DNA from: a virus
Virus record (IMG/VR): IMGVR_UViG_3300044675_002751
Span: 1 to 64,000 of that record
Direction: 5' to 3' (one strand)
DNA: 64,000 nt
Shown here: positions 54,701 through 63,398 of the stretch, in pieces
Numbering within the stretch: position 1 is the stretch's first letter
Layout of the letters: every line of letters begins with the position of its first letter
Program-made: the position numbers and the translations under genes
Notes under the pieces: generated by a model
The model's database searches: none
Told to the model about the DNA's origin: nothing
Seen by the model: only the letters and a program-made list of their open reading frames with translations

Positions 54701-56118
54701 GGGTTCATTAAGTTATTTTTAGTACTCTTTACCCATCCGTCCGCCAAGGCATCAAAATATCCTGTTCCCTTCTTAAACCCAACACCTTTTTGTGCCATCT
54801 CAGCTGCCTCATCCAGGGTCTTAAAACCACGGAACTTAAACAGACCGTCAAGCACAACACGGTTGGTCAGGTATATAGTAGGGAAGTTAATAGCTGTTAC
54901 ACCATAACCAGTATCTTCTGCTTGCTCATATATTCTTTCAAGATCTTTTCCTTCTGGAGCTTTACCGTTGTCTTTCTCATATTTATCCATCAGCTCGTTA
55001 ATCTTATCTAACCTAGCACTACCACCTTCTAACTTTGATTCAGAAAGTGCCAGATTAAGATCACGCATATCTCTATAGAAAGATCCAAATGTCTGCTTAG
55101 CTTTAGCTGCATTACTTGCATTACGAATACTTGCAGTACCCCTTGCCATATCTACAACATCATCTGTAGTACGTGTAAGAGGATTTACAAACTGTAAAGC
55201 TCCTTTACCTAAAGTGTAAGCACCAGCTTTTGCTGCTGTATAAAATGTCTTTGCGTCTTGTATTTTAGAAAGAGACTTAGCAAGAGCTACTCCTCCGCTT
55301 GCAATATTACCTATAGCATTAGTATTGTATCCTTGCTTTACTCCTTTACCAAAACGAGCAAAGTTTGCTGCTGTTCTCATTGCAGCAATACCACCCATTG
55401 CACCTTCAGAAACAACGGTTGCACCAAACAATGCAGCTTCTTCAGCTAAAATACTTAAACCAATACCGACTGTATATGCAGAGTTAAGAGCAAAGTTATT
55501 TACCCAAGCTCCTACTCCGGCTAGTCCTCCTTCTCTGCTAGACATCCCTATAGACTGAAGTCTTGCAAAGTTTTCTGCAGTCTGATCATCAGGACTAAAA
55601 AAATCATCACCTTTTGCTAAACTTGCCATTGATCTATAACCAGATACACCTCCTTCATAAGCTAGTGATCCAAAGACAGAAGCCATACGACCATAGTCCT
55701 GCCAGATAGTAGTGTTCTTATTAAAGTTCTTTTCGTTATCTACAAAAGGAGAAAAGCCCACCTTGTTAAATGTCTCTTTACCATAGCCTAGATAACGATC
55801 TACGTTTAGTTTCTTAGCATCAAATTCTGCTACCCTAGCTGCTTGAAACTGGTTACGACTTTGATTAGCCATCTGAGCAATACCGCCACCTTCTGTTAAT
55901 CCTTTTAACCACTGACGCTGTATATCTGAACGCTTTTTTAGATCAGCCATAGTTACTGGCTTCTTCTTAGCAGGAGGATCACCAGGATCAGTTTGGTTAT
56001 TTTCTAACTCCTGTAAATCAAAAGCACCTAGTGCATCTGTAGGGTCTGTAACACCTCCCAGATCTAGACCAGCACCTATTGCCTGAGTATCAAGAGTATT
56101 TAATGTATCTACTGCCAT
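51706..56118 (-). CDS. Giant virion/ejection protein (1470 aa)
   Basis: Gly/Ala-rich hydrophobic N-terminal helices, coiled coils, C-terminal KOW/SH3-like segment; directly upstream of RNAP. Confidence 0.75.
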   Translation of the reverse strand: MAVDTLNTLDTQAIGAGLDLGGVTDPTDALGAFDLQELENNQTDPGDPPAKKKPVTMADLKKRSDIQRQWLKGLTEGGGIAQMANQSRNQFQAARVAEFDAKKLNVDRYLGYGKETFNKVGFSPFVDNEKNFNKNTTIWQDYGRMASVFGSLAYEGGVSGYRSMASLAKGDDFFSPDDQTAENFARLQSIGMSSREGGLAGVGAWVNNFALNSAYTVGIGLSILAEEAALFGATVVSEGAMGGIAAMRTAANFARFGKGVKQGYNTNAIGNIASGGVALAKSLSKIQDAKTFYTAAKAGAYTLGKGALQFVNPLTRTTDDVVDMARGTASIRNASNAAKAKQTFGSFYRDMRDLNLALSESKLEGGSARLDKINELMDKYEKDNGKAPEGKDLERIYEQAEDTGYGVTAINFPTIYLTNRVVLDGLFKFRGFKTLDEAAEMAQKGVGFKKGTGYFDALADGWVKSTKNNLMNPKAYVGMGLSYFRRNFAEGIQENLQNVTSDAVSAYYDGVYKDPTLGGFDYAAGHAWDAISKEFTSTRGLDTFASGFLMGGFMGKAQNLFLKDVPSIYYRVAQPKKYAEFKANKQKTRQEAIDGLNELYKNPLKYFSSTNESAVVQKHTSDVMNQAEAAGDAKTFQDAKDLKMFDHIFTALDNGTFEGLIDNYKELSKLDSKELANFLGTPESAKNTEKLQEIISRAEEIKHRYDTISKQFKNPFTPNKIKKGTPEFTQEAIAFRAFEAAKKTAIASQYNFDRSLQRMNGLYSDLASNRPVSKASSSDFTVLTSLDVLDNEISLLDKEVKSYQAITEPEQKKLGEQKKERLDRLMDYRDKLRTHLEKANTTEVEENGQIIIQFGQDTIDPLKESYKAYLKQIAAVNSDYVFDDKIDDSFVKLLDYYNLNSNARNYNQIVNNLLDPGNLFKHAERLNAKLTDLFQNREADTATRIERGQRIMEMNELIKAITAQGVMLDPEELQEFVRTGKKPTTFIDAGTLKDLDPSSPKYAAVQAILEIDDQIRDDAPPVTADPVVEKPVATQDSKPADTTSTTTPAAEVLDPELQLKLEDAYNQYIEEYGSEMSFDEFVRISPRAARIKAQFNKGKAQPAAAATPATTSTTTAVLQPNDSPLAQAQGTARTEPVVTQVSDKKADIEKTLYGTISGSIPLSQALPNGVYIDLGNGLFAYADKNEKIAAIVDRDNNYLVSKSFWNASTNKWQLPNQANLKDDAKKLGVDETTYIKKYQDAVDALNTKYNAELAALEGAKPAETTPEVDETEKPGPAEKTGSQKAQELIDSVSSIKDLPDLSKADSKPITIDLIELISTGQAKSKDITTMLAKRRGELLQNISPKDLQKGDIVTFVDGRKGFVKSVNNNEVSVKIAGSSQSVAEVIAAKDLSQKISNVEPGKAVSMEPTPDIEITPQDKKEVEASQDTKSAFTQNSAAVKQAGENAAKAAGTDNQQNLNNLLQNLGCKTK

Positions 56119-56119
56119 A

Positions 56120-57988
56120 TTAATTACCAGATAACTGTTTAGGATCTCTGACGCCTTTAAGTTGTGAGTGCTCTCTTATCAACTGCCTGTTAATTCGGAA
56201 GTTCTCAAGAGCTTTCTTATATAGATCTATATCTAACTGATCCAGATCAACGCTCAGATCATGTCTATTTTTAACACCCGGTAAGTCTTTAATGTCAAAT
56301 GTGTCCATTTTAGCCGTTTCCAAATTATAAGCAACACCATTTCCAGTGACCACATACTCACCTTTCTTCTTGTCCAATACTATATTATAGGTCATGCTGC
56401 TAGGAATAGTTCTACTAAAAGTACCGTTTCCACTAAGGTTAATCATACCTTCTACAGGAGATATGCTTGTACCTTTCATTGACTGCTTTCCTATTGTAGT
56501 AGTACCACTTACATTCTTTGGTACATAAATTGTAATACCGGATCTAACAAACTTGTGATTTTTACCATCTGAGTCCCTGGCAATGTCTGGATTGTCTTTT
56601 GTTCCAAGATGTCTGTCAAAATAAGAAGAACGCATTTTAATATGATAGGCATGGTAATTTTCATCACCACCGGATATCGGTACAAAAGAAATATCACCTG
56701 TTACACGTTTATCACTATTTTTTTTACGATCAGTGTTTACAATATCATCTTGTAAATCTTGCCAAATTACCTTAACCATATTCTTAGAAGCCTCATCAGT
56801 TTCAGACGGAATCTCAACATTGGTTTCATCTAACTCTCCTTGTGCAAAAAGTACATCATCACTACTAGTAATAACTTTCAGTAGATTAATAGTATTTTTC
56901 ATCTCCTCTTTTACCTGATTATCATCATCAAATGCATCATCCATATCAAACTTATACTGCTGTTTAGAAACAGTTGTTTTGATCCCACCTGCATTATTAT
57001 CCATTAAACCTTCTGCTGCTGCTTTAATCTTTCTGGTTTTGGGATTCTTGTTATACTCTTCAAACACTCTTCTTAATACATCGTCATAATTCAAATTCTT
57101 ATATTTGTTAGCAAGTATTTGATACTGAGCTTGCTCAAGCATACCGTAACCTTCTTCACTATTTTGCATTTTAGGTCTAGAGTCTAGTGGAATCGTTTTA
57201 CCACTTGAGGACGGAGTTACAACAACTCCATACGGAGTTTTAACACGTTGACCAGGCTTTGCCTCTTGAGCCCATTTACCAGCCATAGGGTTTGGCATGT
57301 CCGTACGCTGCATAAATAAAGATCCACCAAGAGGTTTAGGGTTTTTCTTTCTCCACTCTTCTAATTCTGTATTTATTAAATTAGCCTGGTATTGTTTTAT
57401 ATCTTTTATAGCCTGATTACGATTCTTAAATTGTCCGTCATCAGTTAACAATAGTTTATGCCAACCGTTGACTTTCATCTTAGCATCAACATTAATAGCT
57501 GCATTTTTAATATCACCGAACATTATCTTATTTGCCTCAGCTATATATCCAAAATCATCATCTACTCTCTTTTGTAACTTAAGTAATTCAACAGCCTGGT
57601 CGTCATCAATGTCTGGATTTGTAGCAGCCATCTTAGCCTGCTCGTATAGCTGATCACCATATTTTTCTATGAGAGCTGGTATTTGATCTAAGTTTTCAAT
57701 AGGTTTCCCTTTTATTTTAGGTAAACCCTGTGATAGCTGAAATGCTTGAACAACATAGTTACTTAAATCTTCATTGTATGCTTTATACTGATTTTGAAGA
57801 TATTTATTATTTACTTCATACAAAGGAGTTTCATCTTTCTTCTGATTCTTTTCAACATAAATATGCCCACCCATCATAGAAGTCACCCTAACACCATCAT
57901 CTTTTGATGTTGTTGCTGTTTCTTTAGTAGATTTGGTAGCACCTTTTATTGGATCTTCTCCCCCATCAAATGTTTGCATATCTTCCAT
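56120..57988 (-). CDS. Putative internal virion protein (622 aa)
   Basis: Cys-free, co-oriented and tightly coupled with the giant genes. Confidence 0.65.
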   Translation of the reverse strand: MEDMQTFDGGEDPIKGATKSTKETATTSKDDGVRVTSMMGGHIYVEKNQKKDETPLYEVNNKYLQNQYKAYNEDLSNYVVQAFQLSQGLPKIKGKPIENLDQIPALIEKYGDQLYEQAKMAATNPDIDDDQAVELLKLQKRVDDDFGYIAEANKIMFGDIKNAAINVDAKMKVNGWHKLLLTDDGQFKNRNQAIKDIKQYQANLINTELEEWRKKNPKPLGGSLFMQRTDMPNPMAGKWAQEAKPGQRVKTPYGVVVTPSSSGKTIPLDSRPKMQNSEEGYGMLEQAQYQILANKYKNLNYDDVLRRVFEEYNKNPKTRKIKAAAEGLMDNNAGGIKTTVSKQQYKFDMDDAFDDDNQVKEEMKNTINLLKVITSSDDVLFAQGELDETNVEIPSETDEASKNMVKVIWQDLQDDIVNTDRKKNSDKRVTGDISFVPISGGDENYHAYHIKMRSSYFDRHLGTKDNPDIARDSDGKNHKFVRSGITIYVPKNVSGTTTIGKQSMKGTSISPVEGMINLSGNGTFSRTIPSSMTYNIVLDKKKGEYVVTGNGVAYNLETAKMDTFDIKDLPGVKNRHDLSVDLDQLDIDLYKKALENFRINRQLIREHSQLKGVRDPKQLSGN

Positions 57989-57999
57989 ACAGTTCTTTT

Positions 58000-59421
58000 T
58001 TACTGACCTCCTTTATTTACATCACGAGAATCAAGATCAGAATTGTTTTGATCAACACCACCATTTATAATAGCATTCTGACTATTCTGCTTTTGCTCTT
58101 TTTGATTTCTTTCTTTTTTTTCTTTTTCAGTCTCAGGTTTATTACTTGAGTTAGGTTTAATACCTCTTTTAATCTGCTCATCCATAAATAGGACTTTATT
58201 AAACTGCCTTAGATTTTCTAAAGTGATAGAACGATTTAAAGCTAGCTGGCTATTAAGTTTAGCCATATATTGAGGATCAGCTTTTGCAATAGATTCTGCA
58301 TCTTTGTATGCTAAGAGTCTAGCTATCTTATCAGCCTTATCTGTATAACTTGCAAATACTACAGCATTATCTACAGCTGTTCTTAAGTCATCAATATTAG
58401 TAAGATCTGCTGTATTTAGTACGGTGCTTTCATTTCTACTGTTTTCTGCAGCTTCTTCTGCAGCTTGAAGTCTACTTACATCCTCTAAATACTTCTTATG
58501 CTCATCACTACCAGGTATAATACCACGAGTTGTAATAACTTTTTCCCAAGAGTCTTTACGAGCTCTCAGATCTTTTACTTCTTGTGAATCTGCAACTACC
58601 TGGTCTTTCTGCACCTTACCTAGTTGAGAGTATATCTCTTTTAAATACTCTCTTTCTGCAGCTTGTTCACTACCATAAACTGCAGCATTAGCTTTCATAA
58701 AGTCCCTACGCTGTACATAAGCCTCAGCTCTCATCATGTCCTTAATAGCTGGGTCACTAGCAAAGAGTGTATTTACCATAGACTGTGTAAGTGGTAAAGC
58801 AATATCACCATTCTTCTTGGTCCAGATGTACCCACCATCTCTAACATCTTGTTTAACACTTATACCCATTTCCTTATACATCTTAGTGGCAACACCCATA
58901 AGATCAACATTAGGAATATACTTAGGAGTGTTCATAGAAAGAGCACTAGCTCTATCTGCATTCTTAAACTCTTCAGCTTGGTATTGCAAATATTTCATCC
59001 CAGTGTCCCAATATTGACGCCTAGTTTCAGGATTAGATGATGTACGCATTTGTTCAGCGTCACTAGCTGTCTGATAATAGCTTTTCGTCCAAAGAATATC
59101 TTTTATAATATCCTTGTCATTTTGCAATGGCTCAAACAAGTTTAATGCATACTCCTGGTTCTGAACTAAAGACAGATCCATGGTGCTAGCATTCTTTAAA
59201 CTTTCTGAAATCTCTTTTAGGTAGGCATCACGTCTTTCTATATTACCATCACGCATTAAAGGTGACTGAAACACTGAATCATAAATTGACTTTACTTTAC
59301 GTGCACCCTCTGCATATGCGGTACTTCTGAGCATAAGACCACGCTCAACTCTATTCCAATCAGGTTTAAAGTTGGGCTGCTTTGGGAAGACATCAGTAAT
59401 ACCAGGTAAGTATGTTGCCAT
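58000..59421 (-). CDS. Putative internal virion (cargo) protein, helical (473 aa)
   Basis: Cys-free, coiled-coil rich, first gene after a late-promoter-like motif. Confidence 0.65.
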   Translation of the reverse strand: MATYLPGITDVFPKQPNFKPDWNRVERGLMLRSTAYAEGARKVKSIYDSVFQSPLMRDGNIERRDAYLKEISESLKNASTMDLSLVQNQEYALNLFEPLQNDKDIIKDILWTKSYYQTASDAEQMRTSSNPETRRQYWDTGMKYLQYQAEEFKNADRASALSMNTPKYIPNVDLMGVATKMYKEMGISVKQDVRDGGYIWTKKNGDIALPLTQSMVNTLFASDPAIKDMMRAEAYVQRRDFMKANAAVYGSEQAAEREYLKEIYSQLGKVQKDQVVADSQEVKDLRARKDSWEKVITTRGIIPGSDEHKKYLEDVSRLQAAEEAAENSRNESTVLNTADLTNIDDLRTAVDNAVVFASYTDKADKIARLLAYKDAESIAKADPQYMAKLNSQLALNRSITLENLRQFNKVLFMDEQIKRGIKPNSSNKPETEKEKKERNQKEQKQNSQNAIINGGVDQNNSDLDSRDVNKGGQ

Positions 59422-59426
59422 AAGGT

Positions 59427-59446
59427 TCTACATATATAATATAAAC
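59427..59446 (-). promoter_or_regulatory. Putative late promoter
   Basis: Minus strand GTTTATATTATATATGTAGA, matching GTATATTATATTGTAGA at 15484-15500. Confidence 0.5.
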
Positions 59447-59480
59447 TAAAATCTGCTAAGTTTAAAACTAAACTTAGCAG
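59445..59480 (-). terminator. Perfect 11-bp hairpin, probable terminator
   Basis: CTGCTAAGTTT-AAAACT-AAACTTAGCAG followed on the minus strand by ATTTTAGTTT. Confidence 0.65.
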
Positions 59481-59490
59481 GTTTAAAAGA

Positions 59491-62052
59491 CTAGTTGTTA
59501 CTACCTAAAGAAAGACTTGATCTCCTACGACTGGAAGATTTGGGGAATCCAAAAGCATCATATGACTGTGTATTTGTCTGACGAGCTCCTGTCAAAGCTT
59601 GTATAGTCAAACGCTCTGCCATTTGTTCTCTACGCTTTTCATCTTTAATATCTTTCAAGTTGTCATATATATTCTTATACGTAGTGTTTGCAGATGCTCC
59701 TAGATTATCTAGACCTCCAGCTCCATTAGTTCCATAACCTGAAGCATACTTAAATATGTCACCCGCATTTCCTTTAAAAATGGTTTTATAGCTTGCAGGA
59801 TCACGGTAGAAATATGGATCACGCATATTAATATCATAAAGATCACCACGGTTTTCCCAAGCTGCTCCAAACTTATCTGCAACATTAGCCAGATATTCCC
59901 TCTGTGCATTTTCATAAGCTTGTCTTGCACGTACAGAGTTATCATAACGATCTTTAGCGTTCATGGTATTATACATTGTCACCTTGTCTTTACGATCCTG
60001 TTCCCTGGCAGAAAACTCGTTAAACACACCTACAGATTGTAAAGCATTATTAGCAATAGTCTGACCAACTGCGTCTCCTGTTTTACCAGCAAGGAATGAA
60101 AGATTTGAAGCTAAAGCAGAAGCAGGTCCGTATGTTGCCTGTGTATCCCCGGCAATATTATATGTTTGTTGTAACTGTTGAGCCTGGCTTAACCAATCAG
60201 GTAAAGCATATTGTCCTTTTTGAAATGCCATGTCTGGTGAAAAAGGCATATATACATTAGGAGGAATAGCTCCAGCAGCAAGTAGATTTGCTACGTCCGG
60301 AGCCAAAAATCCAAACGGAGCTTGTCTTGTAGGTCTTAACTCATCTGGTTTTTTTAATGGATCAGGATCTGGATCTTTCTTTTTTTCCTCAACAGGAGGA
60401 TCTTCCTTTTTAACAGGTTTTTCTTTCTTCACCCAAGCTGGAGCACTAAATGTATGCTGACCAAACTTATCATCCAGACCGTAAGCATCTTTACCACTAA
60501 AGTAAGACGGGTCTACATTTTTATTATACCATTCCTGGAACTTGCGTGTTGAACCAACTTTTGTAGGATCCCAATTAGGATTTTGTTTAAAGAACTCAGG
60601 AAACCTCTTTTTAAAGTCAGCCATTCGTGCTGCACTAGTCCAGTCTTCTTTTCCATATACACGTTTATTACCAATAGCACTTTGTGTAGCTGGCATGTTT
60701 TCATCAAACCCTTCTGGATATATAAGATCGTAATCTTCTTTCTTCTTAGGTTCCAATACTGTTGTCTTAAATGCTGGTTGATATGTAGGCACTGTACTGC
60801 TACCTTTCTTTCCTTGAAACTTAGGCATAACATACCCACCATATGCCATTTCAGAGGCACCTAATATGGCTTCACTAAGAGCTGGTGCAGGAAGGCCTTT
60901 CATAGCTTCTTGTACCATAGCCAGCTTAGCAAGCATTTCATTATTTTTTTCAAACATACGTTTATCAGAGTTTATGCCTATACTATCACTCTCACGAGTC
61001 TTATCTTCTAATCTGGCTTTGTAGTCATTGAGTTTAAACTTCTTTGCTATGGTTGCAGGTGTTACACCACCAGCTTTGTAACTCACACCAAACATTGCTA
61101 ATATTTCTGGATCTTTAATCTTCATTTTCTTAGTATCTGAAAATATAAACGATCCTGCTGGAGCTTGTTCCTCAGTAAGCTTAGTACCATTGTTATAGTG
61201 TCTTTCTCCACCTATAACAAAATGAGTACCGTCTGGACGCCATATAGTTTCTCCTCTTTCAGCTTCTAAGACTTTCATACCCGACTTTTCACTCATAGCA
61301 TTTGTAGCTGTTTCAGAAGATGAATCTTCCATATCTGTGTACACCTTCCTGCGGCCAAGATCTAAACCATAGTTTGACTGTCCGCCATATTCCATTTTAG
61401 GTGCACTTGTAATACGTATTTTCATAGGATTAATATTAGATTGTCCACCATAAGCAAACATACCTTCATTAGGTGTTGGTAGTTTATTAGGTTGAAATAC
61501 ACCAGAGTTTGTCATGTAGTTTCCTCTAAACATTTCAGTAGCCTGGGGATTAAGATTATTCATGTATTGCTGTCCTCTATCTTCATCTAGCTTTTTCTCA
61601 TTTCCAAAATAGTTAGTAAAAAAATTACCAACATTTATTAGTCCTGTAGCTAAAGCACTATAAGCTCCAAGTTTTTTACCAAACTTATTAAAAGGACTTG
61701 CTTTAACGTCCTCAGTTGTGGTAGCAGTCTTTTGACTTGAGTTCATAGGATTAGAAGCTGTTCCCTCATTACCTGTAGTTTTGAAAGCGTTAGTAGGTAA
61801 ACCTTTTTTACGTCTGTCACTAAACTCTCTCATCTTTTCAAATAATCTTTTTTCAGCTTCTGCCTCTTGTGGAGTGACACACTTCTGTAGTACTGCACTA
61901 TAAGTTTGACCAGGAGGACATGTAGATGAATCACTAGGTTGATTATAAAAGTTTGCTGGATCATTCTCCCATTCAGAATGCCAACCAACCTGGCTGGGTT
62001 CTTCATCACCCTGAAACTTTCTAACACCTTTTTTTGTAATACGTATTTTCAT
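59491..62052 (-). CDS. Putative virion/cargo protein (853 aa) with EAE.GE..H..GT domain and YGG motifs
   Basis: LEAERGET..GERHYNNGT..FIFSD..TPA.IAKK; FAYGG, MEYGG, MAYGG. Confidence 0.7.
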   Translation of the reverse strand: MKIRITKKGVRKFQGDEEPSQVGWHSEWENDPANFYNQPSDSSTCPPGQTYSAVLQKCVTPQEAEAEKRLFEKMREFSDRRKKGLPTNAFKTTGNEGTASNPMNSSQKTATTTEDVKASPFNKFGKKLGAYSALATGLINVGNFFTNYFGNEKKLDEDRGQQYMNNLNPQATEMFRGNYMTNSGVFQPNKLPTPNEGMFAYGGQSNINPMKIRITSAPKMEYGGQSNYGLDLGRRKVYTDMEDSSSETATNAMSEKSGMKVLEAERGETIWRPDGTHFVIGGERHYNNGTKLTEEQAPAGSFIFSDTKKMKIKDPEILAMFGVSYKAGGVTPATIAKKFKLNDYKARLEDKTRESDSIGINSDKRMFEKNNEMLAKLAMVQEAMKGLPAPALSEAILGASEMAYGGYVMPKFQGKKGSSTVPTYQPAFKTTVLEPKKKEDYDLIYPEGFDENMPATQSAIGNKRVYGKEDWTSAARMADFKKRFPEFFKQNPNWDPTKVGSTRKFQEWYNKNVDPSYFSGKDAYGLDDKFGQHTFSAPAWVKKEKPVKKEDPPVEEKKKDPDPDPLKKPDELRPTRQAPFGFLAPDVANLLAAGAIPPNVYMPFSPDMAFQKGQYALPDWLSQAQQLQQTYNIAGDTQATYGPASALASNLSFLAGKTGDAVGQTIANNALQSVGVFNEFSAREQDRKDKVTMYNTMNAKDRYDNSVRARQAYENAQREYLANVADKFGAAWENRGDLYDINMRDPYFYRDPASYKTIFKGNAGDIFKYASGYGTNGAGGLDNLGASANTTYKNIYDNLKDIKDEKRREQMAERLTIQALTGARQTNTQSYDAFGFPKSSSRRRSSLSLGSNN

Positions 62053-62053
62053 A
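61407..62053 (-). repeat. 20-bp exact direct repeat encoding MKIRIT (61407-61426 and 62034-62053)
   Basis: TTGTAATACGTATTTTCATA occurs twice, 627 bp (209 codons) apart. Confidence 0.85.
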
Positions 62054-62055
62054 AG

Positions 62056-63390
62056 TTAGAGTATTTCAAATTCATAACCTTGAGCACGGAGTTGTTCTAG
62101 TTGTGCAGGACTTACTTCCATCTCTTGACCTACAACAGGACCTCCTTGTCTATAACTAGCAGTTGGCATAAACTCAGGAATATATCCTCCATAAGCATAA
62201 CCTGCATTCCCAGACCAAGTTGGAGTTTTTGATCTCTGACGTCTACCATTATAATCTATATAACCACCCCTACCATATATCATTGAATAGTCTACATCTT
62301 CGTCATCATCATCTGCAGAAGAACTTTCTTCTTGAGCAGCAGGAACTTCTTGTTCAGATGATTCTTCTTCATCTACTTCTTCTACATCTTCTTCATACTC
62401 TTCCTGAGCTTCTGGCATATCCTGTTGATCCGCTTGAACTATTTCTTGATACATCTGCATAAGAAGTTGCTCTTGTTCTTCTTCACTTCTTTGCTGTAAT
62501 TCACCAACAATAGCTTCTACAGACATAGCTGAATAATCAGCATATGCTTGTATTATTTCTTCTGCAGAAGGCATGTTTTCCAACTCACCACCATCTTGCC
62601 AGGTAGCTCTAGCAAATGCTCTGAAGTATGGATTCTTATCCAGGTTCTTTTTATGACGAGCATAAAAGGCTTTTTTCCTTTCAGGATCTCTTGGATGCTG
62701 ACCAAGCTTTGAGTCACCAAAGTATTTAACAGTACCATCAGGTCCTGTTACTTTATGTGTTTTTCCTTTTCTATCATTGCTTCTGCTTACAACATATCCA
62801 CCTTTTTTCATTTTTTCCATTTGCTCAGAAGCTTCAGGACCATACATTAAATAGTCAGATATAGCATCTGCACTATGATCCATAACAGCTAGCTTAGAAG
62901 CAATCCACGGATCAAGATTCTCATCTGGTTTTATAAACTTCAACAGCTTACTCATTTTATCAGATACAGCAGCCATCTGACCCATTGCCATTTCACCATT
63001 AGCTTCTCCACCATCTGCCATAAACGGATAAGCCATACCACCATATGCCATGTTTTCAATAATCTTAGCCTGAACATATTCAGGGAGGGCTTGAAAACCT
63101 GCGTTCTGAGGTTCTCCACCTTGAGCCATAGAACTCATCTTTTGTTGAAGAGCATTACCTGAATACCCTTGAGCTTTAAGCTGTGCTTCTAAAAGCCAAT
63201 TAGGTTTACCACCATCTGCCATCATTGGTATTTCCATACCATATTCAGCTTTACGCCAGGTTCCACCTTTACCTTTGTACCACTTAGCAGCCCAGCCGTT
63301 AGCATAAGCACTTGGATATACATCAAATTTTTGTTTAGCTAAAGACTTAGCTTTAGACCACAGACTGGGGTTATTAGGTTTGTTTGCCAT
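62056..63390 (-). CDS. Modular protein (444 aa) of small domains separated by xxxGG motifs
   Basis: MADGG x2, MAQGG, MAYGG, MKKGG, WQDGG, YGRGG, YAYGG, YRQGG. Confidence 0.75.
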   Translation of the reverse strand: MANKPNNPSLWSKAKSLAKQKFDVYPSAYANGWAAKWYKGKGGTWRKAEYGMEIPMMADGGKPNWLLEAQLKAQGYSGNALQQKMSSMAQGGEPQNAGFQALPEYVQAKIIENMAYGGMAYPFMADGGEANGEMAMGQMAAVSDKMSKLLKFIKPDENLDPWIASKLAVMDHSADAISDYLMYGPEASEQMEKMKKGGYVVSRSNDRKGKTHKVTGPDGTVKYFGDSKLGQHPRDPERKKAFYARHKKNLDKNPYFRAFARATWQDGGELENMPSAEEIIQAYADYSAMSVEAIVGELQQRSEEEQEQLLMQMYQEIVQADQQDMPEAQEEYEEDVEEVDEEESSEQEVPAAQEESSSADDDDEDVDYSMIYGRGGYIDYNGRRQRSKTPTWSGNAGYAYGGYIPEFMPTASYRQGGPVVGQEMEVSPAQLEQLRAQGYEFEIL

Positions 63391-63398
63391 AGGATATA

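Noticed and set aside
35351-62738. Numerous short plus-strand and alternate-frame ORFs inside the giant minus-strand genes
   Set aside because: Shadow ORFs with no motifs, produced by codon bias of the real genes
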